DNA of 64,000 bases, taken from NCBI GenBank assembly GCA_036986115.1, contig BTQY01000002.1, forward strand, positions 49,608 to 113,607, in the 5' to 3' direction. The notes beneath the pieces were generated by a model. It searched no databases, had not been told where the DNA came from, and saw nothing but the letters and a program-made list of their open reading frames with translations. The DNA is from Gammaproteobacteria bacterium. GTDB taxonomy: Bacteria > Pseudomonadota > Gammaproteobacteria > BTQY01. The position numbers and the translations under genes were made by a program. Below, in pieces: positions 55,678 to 64,000 of this stretch (the stretch's first letter is position 1; every line of letters starts with the position of its first letter).

Positions 55678-57915
55678 CTATTCAAATACCTGCGGACCGA
55701 GTACCCGCAGTACCTCCTGAGGAGTTGTTTGTCCCTGCCGCACCTTTTCCCGCGCATCTTCAAGCAGGGTGGTGAAGTTTTCCTGTGCCGCCATATCGCT
55801 TATCTCGCGCACACTGGATCCGGATGAGATCAAATGGCGCATCTCTTCACTGGGCAACAGGATCTCATAGATACCGACACGGCCATGATAACCCGTCTGG
55901 TGGCACGTACTGCAACCCTTACCCTGAAAATATTTCATGCCTTTAGTCTTGAACACAGGCCCCAGCTTGTGTATTAGATCCCTGGGAGCCTTGACAGGTG
56001 CACGGCAGTCTTCGCAGATCTTTCGCACCAGCCGTTGAGCGATAATTGCCTCCAAAGCAGAAGCGATGGTGTGGGTCTTGACGCCTAACTCAAACAAGCG
56101 GGCAATAGTGGCGATAGCCGAATTGGTGTGCAAGGTAGTGTAGACCAGGTGCCCCGTCAAAGCAGCGTGGAAGGCCACCTCGGCGGTTTCTATATCGCGG
56201 ATCTCCCCCAGCAGAATGACATCCGGGTCCTGGCGCAGGATCGCCCGCAGCACAGTGCTGAAATTCAGGCCGATCTTTTCCCGTATCATCACCTGCCCTG
56301 CCATGTCCAGGTAATATTCGACGGGGTCCTCGATAGTGACATAGTTCTTTTCTGGTGTGGCCTGATACTGCAGCATGGAATAAAGCGTCGAGGTTTTACC
56401 ACTGCCCGTCGGCCCCGTGGCAAGGATAATGCCCTGCGGTTTGCTGACCACGTTAGTGAGGGTGGTCTGGTTCGTGCCGGAAAGCCCCAGTGCGTCCATG
56501 CTAAAAACTTCCGCATTACGATCCAGCAGCCGCATGACAATCTTTTCCCCGTTAAGAGTGGGCAGAATGGAGATGCGCAGATCCAGGATCCGCAACGGCG
56601 TCTTCACGGTAATTCGGCCATCCTGGGGCCGCCGACGCTCGGTAATATCCAGTTCAGCCATTACCTTGATGCGTGATACCAGCGACAGATGCAAATTGTG
56701 CGGCACCTGGATCTTGTCCACCAGGATGCCATCAATACGGTAGCGTACCACTACGCTCTTGGTACGGGGATGAATGTGAATATCACTGGCCCGCAACCGT
56801 ATCGCCTCCAGGATAATGGCGTTGACCAGCCGGATGGCCGGCGGTTCATCGGTGCCGCGCAACAGCACCTCCAGGGGGATATCATCATCATCCTCGATAA
56901 TGATCTCGATGCCCTCGAACGGGTCAGAGCCAGCTGTCAGGGTCTCCAGTTCGTCAAACGAAATAATTTCCTCGCCATAGACATCATCAATCTTGGCCAG
57001 AATGTCAGCCACAGGGGCCATCACGGCCTCTATCTCCATACCGGTCACAAAACGCAATTCATCGAGCAGGCCGCTGTCCATCGGGTCAGCGATAACCAGG
57101 GTCAGGCGCCGCTGGTCCTGCCGCAATGGCAACACCCACTGGCGCTGGCAAAAGCTGCGCGGCAGCAAGGCCGCCACCGCCGCATCGATCTGGATCTCGG
57201 CCAGCGCCACTTCCTCAATCATGAATTCCTGTCGCAGGATATCGCGGAATTGCCGTTCACTGACCCAGTCCTGTTCCAGGATCAGCTTGACCATCGGCTC
57301 CTTGCGCCGCTGCTGCTGTTGATACAATTCCTGCACCTGATGATCGTTGAGCATCTGTCGCTTGTGCAGCATGATGGCCAGCTGACTGCGATTAGTGACC
57401 GCCAGCTTGGCGAGGGCGCTGATCTCCCTGGCCTTGGCGGTATTCTGTTTTTCCAGCTCCTGGTTGCGCTGTACCAGATCATATTGTTCCAGCGCCAGCG
57501 CCACGGTGATACGTATGTCGTCGTCATTCCAGGGCTTGAGCATAAACTTGTAAATGGCGCCTTCCTTGACAGCCGCCACCACTGCATTGGTATCCGCATG
57601 GCCAGTGAGCATGATACGGATGATCTGTGGATAGCGTTCCTTGACTTCGCATAGTAAATCCCCGCCACTCATCCCCGGCATCATATAATCGGAGATGATG
57701 AGTTGGCAGGGCTGCGCCTTGAGGATTTCCAGCGCCTCCAGAGCATTATTGGCGATATGAATATGGTAGTTCTCCTGGCGGAAAACGCGCTGCAGCGCAC
57801 TCAGCACGTTCGGCTCGTCATCCACCAGCAGGATGCTATAGACCGGCGGTGCCTCGGACGGCTTTTGAGCATCATCGGAAGGCTCGCCAGTGAACAATGT
57901 GGCATAATTAGACAT
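55678..57915 (-). CDS. Receiver-domain / PilB-GspE family ATPase fusion
   Basis: N-terminal REC (VDDE, ISD, LTG, KPW), then ASDIHI, PQDGR, GPTGSGKT, TIEDPVE, LLGEIRD, GHLV.TTLH, CxxC..CxxC. Confidence 0.92.
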   Translation of the reverse strand: MSNYATLFTGEPSDDAQKPSEAPPVYSILLVDDEPNVLSALQRVFRQENYHIHIANNALEALEILKAQPCQLIISDYMMPGMSGGDLLCEVKERYPQIIRIMLTGHADTNAVVAAVKEGAIYKFMLKPWNDDDIRITVALALEQYDLVQRNQELEKQNTAKAREISALAKLAVTNRSQLAIMLHKRQMLNDHQVQELYQQQQRRKEPMVKLILEQDWVSERQFRDILRQEFMIEEVALAEIQIDAAVAALLPRSFCQRQWVLPLRQDQRRLTLVIADPMDSGLLDELRFVTGMEIEAVMAPVADILAKIDDVYGEEIISFDELETLTAGSDPFEGIEIIIEDDDDIPLEVLLRGTDEPPAIRLVNAIILEAIRLRASDIHIHPRTKSVVVRYRIDGILVDKIQVPHNLHLSLVSRIKVMAELDITERRRPQDGRITVKTPLRILDLRISILPTLNGEKIVMRLLDRNAEVFSMDALGLSGTNQTTLTNVVSKPQGIILATGPTGSGKTSTLYSMLQYQATPEKNYVTIEDPVEYYLDMAGQVMIREKIGLNFSTVLRAILRQDPDVILLGEIRDIETAEVAFHAALTGHLVYTTLHTNSAIATIARLFELGVKTHTIASALEAIIAQRLVRKICEDCRAPVKAPRDLIHKLGPVFKTKGMKYFQGKGCSTCHQTGYHGRVGIYEILLPSEEMRHLISSGSSVREISDMAAQENFTTLLEDAREKVRQGQTTPQEVLRVLGPQVFE

Positions 57916-57965
57916 TAATCGAATCCAGTCGCATGTTCTTTCCTGTTCCCCTCTTCAGCTCTTTT

Positions 57966-59228
57966 TCAATCTGATACCGGCAGATAAACAGTCACGGTTG
58001 TTCCTGTCCCTGCTTCACTGTCAATTTCAATGTGGCCTTGATGGGCCTGGATGATGTCCCGGCTAAGGGTCAGGCCCAGACCGGTACCCTCACCCACATC
58101 ATGAGTAGTAAAAAAGGGATCAAATACTCGCGCCATTGTCTCAGGCGCCATTCCCATGCCGTTATCAGTAATACGAATACAAATCTTGTCTGTGTCACCG
58201 CCATGGCCCGGTTCCAGTCTGGTCTGTATGCGAATCTCCCCGTCCTCTCTACCGGCGTCCCTGACGGCCCGGCCGGCATTCAGCAACAGATTTAGCAGGA
58301 CCTGTGCCAGTGATCCCTGCTGGCAATAGATCGGTGGCAGTTCACCCAGATCTGTCAGCAATTCTGCATGCCGGCTGATCTCGCCGGAGGTCACATTGCA
58401 GGCCGCTTGTACACAGGTATTGATATCGATTGACTCCCAGGACATGGCATCATCATTAGAAAACCCCATCAGGTCATGAACGATCTGCGCCACACGTTCG
58501 CTGCCCTCCAGGCTCTCCTGCAACAAATCTCGAAAGTCCTCGACCACACCATCCAGCCCGGCCTCTCGCCAGGCAGCAGCTGCCGCGGATTTCTGCTGCA
58601 GGCTTTCGGCATAGGTTGCCAGTTCGTCAAGATAACTGCGGGCAGTATTCAGATTGCTCATCACAAAGCCGATGGGATTATTGATCTCGTGTGCCACACC
58701 GGCAGCCAACTGACCCACAGCAGCCAGTTTTTCCGCCTGATACAGCTGGCGCTGGGTGATCTCGATGGTGCCGACCTGATCGGCGACCCGCTGCTCGAGA
58801 GACTGTGTCAATTCCCGGTAACGCTGTTCGGATATCTCCAGGGCCTGATGTCTGCGTTGCAGTTCCTCGTAGTCACTCAACACCGTCTGAGTATGCAGGC
58901 CGGACACCATCAGGTAACGGGCCGCACCGCGCAGCACCAGCTCCGCAAGACCGGCGGCGGCGGCCAACTGCGTCCCCTTGTTGTCCTGCACTTCCAGGTA
59001 GGCAACCGGCTCCAGCTCGACACACAGGGGCGCGCGTGCGGCAACCGACTCCAGTTTTTCACCGCAGGCGAAATCGCCCTCCACCGCCAGCAGGCGAAAG
59101 GGCACGCCCAGCAATTCAGCGAGAGCATGTATCAGCTGCTCCCGATCGCATCCCTCCAGCAAGGCTTGCAGGCTCAGTTCCCGATCAAACACCGGCGCGG
59201 AGACACTATTCCCGTCTGGCCCGCTCAT
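57966..59228 (-). CDS. Soluble NtrB-like sensor histidine kinase with an unrecognised N-terminal domain
   Basis: AHEINNP H-box, NLLLNA, DNGMG, FDPFFTT, GTGLGL; no TM segment; ATGA overlap with the GTPase. Confidence 0.92.
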   Translation of the reverse strand: MSGPDGNSVSAPVFDRELSLQALLEGCDREQLIHALAELLGVPFRLLAVEGDFACGEKLESVAARAPLCVELEPVAYLEVQDNKGTQLAAAAGLAELVLRGAARYLMVSGLHTQTVLSDYEELQRRHQALEISEQRYRELTQSLEQRVADQVGTIEITQRQLYQAEKLAAVGQLAAGVAHEINNPIGFVMSNLNTARSYLDELATYAESLQQKSAAAAAWREAGLDGVVEDFRDLLQESLEGSERVAQIVHDLMGFSNDDAMSWESIDINTCVQAACNVTSGEISRHAELLTDLGELPPIYCQQGSLAQVLLNLLLNAGRAVRDAGREDGEIRIQTRLEPGHGGDTDKICIRITDNGMGMAPETMARVFDPFFTTHDVGEGTGLGLTLSRDIIQAHQGHIEIDSEAGTGTTVTVYLPVSD

Positions 59229-59923
59229 GATGACGGTTCATTGGCGACGCGGCGTCGCACCTGTGTGTACTCATCACCCATGACTCCGGCAACGAACATC
59301 TCCGCTGTCAGACCATGTTGCTTCGCCAGGGTATAGTCTTCATCCAGTGATCGATACACCTGCTGCAACAGTTCCTGAAAGGTCTCGACAACCCCGCTAT
59401 TCTGCAAGGCGCTGCTGAACACCAGTGGCCATTGTGTGTCCCGCCAGCGCGCCAGGATCTCCTGCTCCGTTAGTACCTCCGGCAGGTCCCGTTTATTGAA
59501 CTGGACCACCATTGGAAGGTGATCGAAGTCGAGACCGACGCGTGCGGCATTGGCGGCCAGATTCTCGAAAGAGACACCATTGTTGATGCTCTGGGTACGC
59601 TGGGAATCGGCCACGAACACCACGCCGTCGGCACGGGACAGTACCGCCTTGCGGGTACTATCATGGGCCACCTGCCCCGGCACGGTAAACAGTTTCAGTT
59701 TTAGCAGCAGACCGGAAGGCGCTGTCATGCCCAATGGTAACAGATCAAAAAACAGGGTACGGTCATCGTTGGTTTCCAGTACCATCATCTCGCCCTTGAG
59801 CTCCGCTTGCAGCTGATCGTGCAGACGCATCAGGTTGGTGGTCTTGCCGCTCAGGGCAGGACCGTAGTAGACCAGCTTGACGGTCAGCTTGTTTTTGTGT
59901 GTATCGAATTCTGCCATAGTCAT
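59225..59923 (-). CDS. MglA-family small Ras-like GTPase
   Basis: KLVYYGPALSGKTTNL, DRTLFFD, FTVPGQV, ADGVVFVADS, NKRD, SA. Confidence 0.92.
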   Translation of the reverse strand: MTMAEFDTHKNKLTVKLVYYGPALSGKTTNLMRLHDQLQAELKGEMMVLETNDDRTLFFDLLPLGMTAPSGLLLKLKLFTVPGQVAHDSTRKAVLSRADGVVFVADSQRTQSINNGVSFENLAANAARVGLDFDHLPMVVQFNKRDLPEVLTEQEILARWRDTQWPLVFSSALQNSGVVETFQELLQQVYRSLDEDYTLAKQHGLTAEMFVAGVMGDEYTQVRRRVANEPSS

Positions 59924-59944
59924 TCCTGCCTGATGCGGCAGCCG

Positions 59945-60478
59945 TCACATCTTTTTTTCATCCAGTAAAATGGAGCCATCGGGCGCCCGATCAACCCTGG
60001 TGATCCCCGGGTGCTCGGCCTCCAGTTCCTCCAGAGCGGCTTGTTGCCGGTCCAGTTGTTTGCGTTGCGCCCGGACCTGATCCGCCAGTCGCCGGTTCTC
60101 CACCAGAAGCGCACGATGCTGCAGTGCCTGCTTCATCGTTGCCAGCAGATCAATGTCTTCCCAGGGTTTGCAGATAAAGCGAAAGATTTGCGCTTCATTT
60201 ATCGCTCCCATGAGGGCCTCCAGATCGGTAAAACCGCTCAGGATCAGACGGACGGCCTCCGGTTGCAGTTCCTTGACCTGTGAAAGAAAGTCGACACCGT
60301 TCATTTCCGGCATGCGGTAGTCAGAAAGAAATAAATCAAAGTTATTGGTGTTGGCGCGTCTCAGGGCTTTCGAAATACTACTGAAGTATTCTGTCTCCCA
60401 GCCTTTTTCCCGTGCAAGTACACGCCTCAATGCCTTGAGTATGTTTTCTTCATCATCCACGATCATGATTTTATACAT
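59945..60478 (-). CDS. Response regulator (REC + coiled coil + short tail)
   Basis: IVDDE, LSDYRMP, LSG, KPW; ATG at 60478 follows AGGAG. Confidence 0.9.
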   Translation of the reverse strand: MYKIMIVDDEENILKALRRVLAREKGWETEYFSSISKALRRANTNNFDLFLSDYRMPEMNGVDFLSQVKELQPEAVRLILSGFTDLEALMGAINEAQIFRFICKPWEDIDLLATMKQALQHRALLVENRRLADQVRAQRKQLDRQQAALEELEAEHPGITRVDRAPDGSILLDEKKM

Positions 60479-60618
60479 TGTTTCAGCTCCTGTATTGCGC
60501 GAAGGATTCGGTCCCATGCACAATCTTTCTTTATTGCAAATCAGTCTCAAATGTTCCTGTCATCGTTTCTTTAACCTGTAAAACCGATCGACGCAGCCAC
60601 CTTCGTGCGATACAGGGG

Positions 60619-61962
60619 CTATGTCTTCATCTTCCATGTCTTGATTGTGATTTCAAACTTGTTCCCGGTGTTGCGCTCAAGTTCCCTGATTTTGGCAATA
60701 ATATGTGCATCCAGAATGTGGCCTTTCGAGAGCAGTAGTACACCATTTTCCGTATGTATATCCTGCGCAATGATCATGCCGGATTCCAGCTTGTCAGTGC
60801 TCACCTGCATGAGTGTCTCGTCAACTTCCTCCTCCTCAAGTCCGACAAATTCACAGAATGCATCAACAACTTTTGGATCAAAATCCTGGCAGCGGTGTTT
60901 GACCAGATAATCCACGGCCTCATTCATAGTATGTCGTTTCGACCACAAACTTCCGCTTCTCAGGTCATCATAAGCATTTACGACAGCCAGTATTCGCGCG
61001 CCCAGTGGAATCTGATCGAATTTCAGTCCGTCTGGGAAGCCCTTGCCATCATAGTTTTCATGATGGCTGCGTATCATCGTTGCCGACTCGTGCAATGGTT
61101 CCAGGGCCATCAACATGGCTGCCCCAACGACAGGGTGTTTCTTATACTCGGCCCGCTCTGCGGGTGTCAGTTTATGAACCGGTTTATTATTAATCTCTTC
61201 GGACAGCGTGATCTTGCCGATATCGTGCAGCAATCCGGCAAAAAGCACGTCCTGCACCCCGGATTCGTCCAGCCCCATCTGCTGGGCCAGCTGGCGCGCC
61301 AGCTCTGCGACCCGCCTTGAATGACCGGGTGATATTCCTTCACGGACCTGTGCCATACTGGAAAAGGCCTTCACCGAGGCGCTATAACTCTTCTTCAGTG
61401 ATTCGTTTGCGGTTTCCAGCTCCTCCATGGCCTGATGAAGCTTTTCAGTGCGTTCCTCTACCTTGGCCTCCAGACTACTATTGAGTTCCGTGAGTTCCTT
61501 ATTTTGCTTTTGGGTGAGTAGCTCCAGACGACGACCTTCCTGCTCCAGCTCGCGCTGCTGCAAGGCGTGTTTGACCTGCAGGATGATATCGTTATCTTCC
61601 CAGGGCTTGCTGATATAACTGTAGATCTTGCCCTTATTGACCACGGCAATGGTGGAGGTCAGATCGGCATAGCCGGTCAACAGAATGCGCATGGTATCGG
61701 GCCAGCGCTGCTTCACCTGTTGCAGGAACTCCGCGCCATCCATTTCCGGCATACGCATATCGGATATCACCAGATCAATATTTTCCTGTTCCATGAGTGC
61801 CAGTCCCTCGGCACCACTCTGGGCGATAAAGATGCGGTATCCCAGCGGGCGGAACACCCGCCGCAGAGATGACAGGATATTTGCCTCATCATCGACGAAT
61901 AACAAGGTCATTTCTTGCTGTGGCTGCTGTTGCGGATCTGTCTGTGCATTGGTCGTATTCAT
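60619..61962 (-). CDS. REC + HD-GYP cyclic-dinucleotide phosphodiesterase (RpfG-like)
   Basis: REC (VDDE, ISDMRMP, KPW), GHSRRV, LHDIGK, HHENYDGKGFP, ARILAV. Confidence 0.9.
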   Translation of the reverse strand: MNTTNAQTDPQQQPQQEMTLLFVDDEANILSSLRRVFRPLGYRIFIAQSGAEGLALMEQENIDLVISDMRMPEMDGAEFLQQVKQRWPDTMRILLTGYADLTSTIAVVNKGKIYSYISKPWEDNDIILQVKHALQQRELEQEGRRLELLTQKQNKELTELNSSLEAKVEERTEKLHQAMEELETANESLKKSYSASVKAFSSMAQVREGISPGHSRRVAELARQLAQQMGLDESGVQDVLFAGLLHDIGKITLSEEINNKPVHKLTPAERAEYKKHPVVGAAMLMALEPLHESATMIRSHHENYDGKGFPDGLKFDQIPLGARILAVVNAYDDLRSGSLWSKRHTMNEAVDYLVKHRCQDFDPKVVDAFCEFVGLEEEEVDETLMQVSTDKLESGMIIAQDIHTENGVLLLSKGHILDAHIIAKIRELERNTGNKFEITIKTWKMKT

Positions 61963-62002
61963 GGTTACATTTTCCTGTCGTTAATGCCTTGCGCCGCACG
62001 CA

Positions 62003-64000
62003 CTACCGGCTTTCAACCTTCGCGGCCTGGCCTGTACTATGCGCGTCATACACTTCTCCCTGTTCGTCTGTTTGGCCGTCCGCTTGCAAGTCCTTGTCTG
62101 AGTTCTGCGCCTGCGATACCGGCAACCTCACCCGGAAGGTGGTGCCCTTGCCCGGCTCGCTATCCACCTCGATATGCCCACCATGCTTGTTGATGATGCC
62201 GTAAGACAGGGACAGGCCCAGCCCGGTACCAGTACCCACCGGTTTGGTGGTAAAGAAGGGATCGAATATCCGCTTCAGGTGTTCAGGATCAATGCCCTTA
62301 CCCGTGTCACTGATTTCAACCCAGACCCAGTCATCCCTGGTGCCGGTGCGGATGGTAATCACGCCACGCTCTTCCATGGCATGGGCGGCATTGACCAGCA
62401 GATTCATGAATACCTGGTTGAGCTGCGAGGCCAGGCACTCCACCGGGGGCAGTTCCTGGTATTCCTTCACCACCTCGGCCTTGTACTTGATTTCGTTGTT
62501 GACGATGTTCAGGGTGCTGTCCAGTCCGCGATGCAGGTCGGCCCACTGCCATTCGGCCTGGTCCACGTGAGAGAAGTCCTTCAGGTCCTGCACGATCTGC
62601 TTGACCCGGGTGATGCCCTCCTGGGACTCCCTGACCAGATCAATGACGTCCTCTTTCAGGTAATCGAGGTCCAGCTCTTCCCGCCTGGCGCTAATCGCGT
62701 CTCTGATGGCGGAATCGATGGAGGGTGAAGGTTCGATGACCTCATACAGGTTGAGCATTTCAATGAATTTGCTGGTATGGCCCTGCAAGGTATTCAGGTT
62801 GGAATAGATATAGCCTACCGGGTTGTTGATCTCGTGGGCCACACCGGCGGCCAGTTGGCCAATGGAGGCCATTTTCTCCGATTGCAACAACTGCTCCTGG
62901 GCATCGCGCAGTTTCTGGATCAATGCCTGTTGCTCGGCCTTTTCTGCCTGCAGTCGACTCTCCATGCGCTTGCGCTCGGTGATATCCATCAGCGAGCCCA
63001 GTACTTCCACCGGTTTACCACTGTCATCGCAAATCACCCGCAGAGTGTCATGCATCCAGCTATACTCACCGTCCTTGCGCAGGAAGCGATACTCGTGGGT
63101 CTGCTGGCCTTCGCTGAACAACTTCGGCAGATTGGGAAACATGGCAGTTCGATCGTCGGGGTGGATGTGATCGAACCAGAAATCCGCATCCGCTAATATT
63201 TCGTCAGGTTCATAACCTAATAACCGGGTAATATTCTCGCAGACAAAGGTGATCCTGAAATCACCTGAGGGTACCGCACTGTAGATAATGGCCGGACTGT
63301 TATCCACCAGGTAGCGCAGGCGGGCACCGGTCTTTTTCAGGGTCCGCCATAATTCATCCCGCTCCAGAAAATGGGTCACGTCCTTGGCATACAGGTTCAG
63401 GATGATCTCCTCATTTTCACTAAAGGCCTCGCCATCATGCCTATCGCCCAGGTAGATGACCCCCCGGGTTATCTCGTTGACCAGCAGCGGTGCCCCCAGC
63501 AGACTGTGGATGGTCGGATGCTGCGGCGGAAAGCCACATTGCCGGGGATCCTGCGCAATATTGTCAACCCGCACGGCAGTCTTTTCATGGTAAAAGGCCT
63601 GCAGCAGACCTTTACCTTGCGGCTGCTTGCCAATGTGGCGGATCTGCTCGGCGCTCATGCCCTCGGCAATAAAATCCTGTAGAGTGCCATCTTTTGTGAA
63701 TACCCCAAAGGCGCCATAGCGGGCGCCGGTTAGTTCCATCACATCACGAATGATCTGCCGGTAAAAGGCATCCAGATCGCCGCTGTGATGTAACTCCCGA
63801 TCAGCACCCTGCAATTCGCCCAGCGCCTCGTTAAGCAGGGTGGTACGCACGTTGGCGGCTGCCAGTGCCACCAGCTGCTGCTGATTTTGCTCCAGAGCGA
63901 CCTGCAATTCCTGTTCCACGCGCCGGCGATCCGTTTCCGCTTTATACAGGCGCAAGGCATTCTGAATGCTGTGGGTCAGGGTCTCCGGCGTCATCCGGGA
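62003..64000 (-). CDS. GAF-PAS sensor histidine kinase, 5'-partial
   Basis: GAF (ARYGA...GFPPQHP...IYL), PAS (IHPDD, EYRF..KDG..W), AHEINNP, NLLVNA, GTGLGL; frame open to the window edge. Confidence 0.92.
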   Translation of the reverse strand, partial: SRMTPETLTHSIQNALRLYKAETDRRRVEQELQVALEQNQQQLVALAAANVRTTLLNEALGELQGADRELHHSGDLDAFYRQIIRDVMELTGARYGAFGVFTKDGTLQDFIAEGMSAEQIRHIGKQPQGKGLLQAFYHEKTAVRVDNIAQDPRQCGFPPQHPTIHSLLGAPLLVNEITRGVIYLGDRHDGEAFSENEEIILNLYAKDVTHFLERDELWRTLKKTGARLRYLVDNSPAIIYSAVPSGDFRITFVCENITRLLGYEPDEILADADFWFDHIHPDDRTAMFPNLPKLFSEGQQTHEYRFLRKDGEYSWMHDTLRVICDDSGKPVEVLGSLMDITERKRMESRLQAEKAEQQALIQKLRDAQEQLLQSEKMASIGQLAAGVAHEINNPVGYIYSNLNTLQGHTSKFIEMLNLYEVIEPSPSIDSAIRDAISARREELDLDYLKEDVIDLVRESQEGITRVKQIVQDLKDFSHVDQAEWQWADLHRGLDSTLNIVNNEIKYKAEVVKEYQELPPVECLASQLNQVFMNLLVNAAHAMEERGVITIRTGTRDDWVWVEISDTGKGIDPEHLKRIFDPFFTTKPVGTGTGLGLSLSYGIINKHGGHIEVDSEPGKGTTFRVRLPVSQAQNSDKDLQADGQTDEQGEVYDAHSTGQAAKVESR

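Noticed and set aside
56689-59336. Long plus-strand ORFs (321 aa and 286 aa)
   Set aside because: Antisense shadows of GC-rich genuine genes, with no recognisable motifs.

Overview
Gammaproteobacterial chromosome segment in three parts. (1) About 1-33.2 kb is the conserved core block rpsB-tsf-pyrH-frr-uppS-cdsA-dxr-rseP-bamA-skp-lpxD-fabZ-lpxA-lpxB-rnhB-dnaE-accA-tilS-pyrG-kdsA-eno-ftsB-ispD-ispF on the minus strand, with divergent map-glnD and a stand-alone phosphoribulokinase. (2) About 33.2-55.5 kb is accessory DNA: lapG/lapD, a nested mosaic of REP-like repeats, a Slam-like/peptide/PEP-CTERM surface cluster, a pilin-like gene, a glycosyltransferase, a low-oxygen block (truncated hemoglobin plus reductase, PFOR plus a DHOD-like flavoprotein, ubiUVT with two radical SAM genes and an FNR box) and a P-type ATPase. 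Two MITEs here have different termini but share a structured core. (3) About 55.7-64 kb is a visibly GC-richer signalling operon running off the window edge: a DosS-like heme-GAF/PAS kinase, REC-HD-GYP, REC, an orphan MglA-type small GTPase, a soluble kinase, and a receiver domain fused to a PilB/GspE ATPase. This operon is the best candidate for an undescribed system: gas/redox sensing linked through phosphorylation and a small GTPase to a pilus/secretion motor. All calls come from motif recognition by eye; no searches were run.
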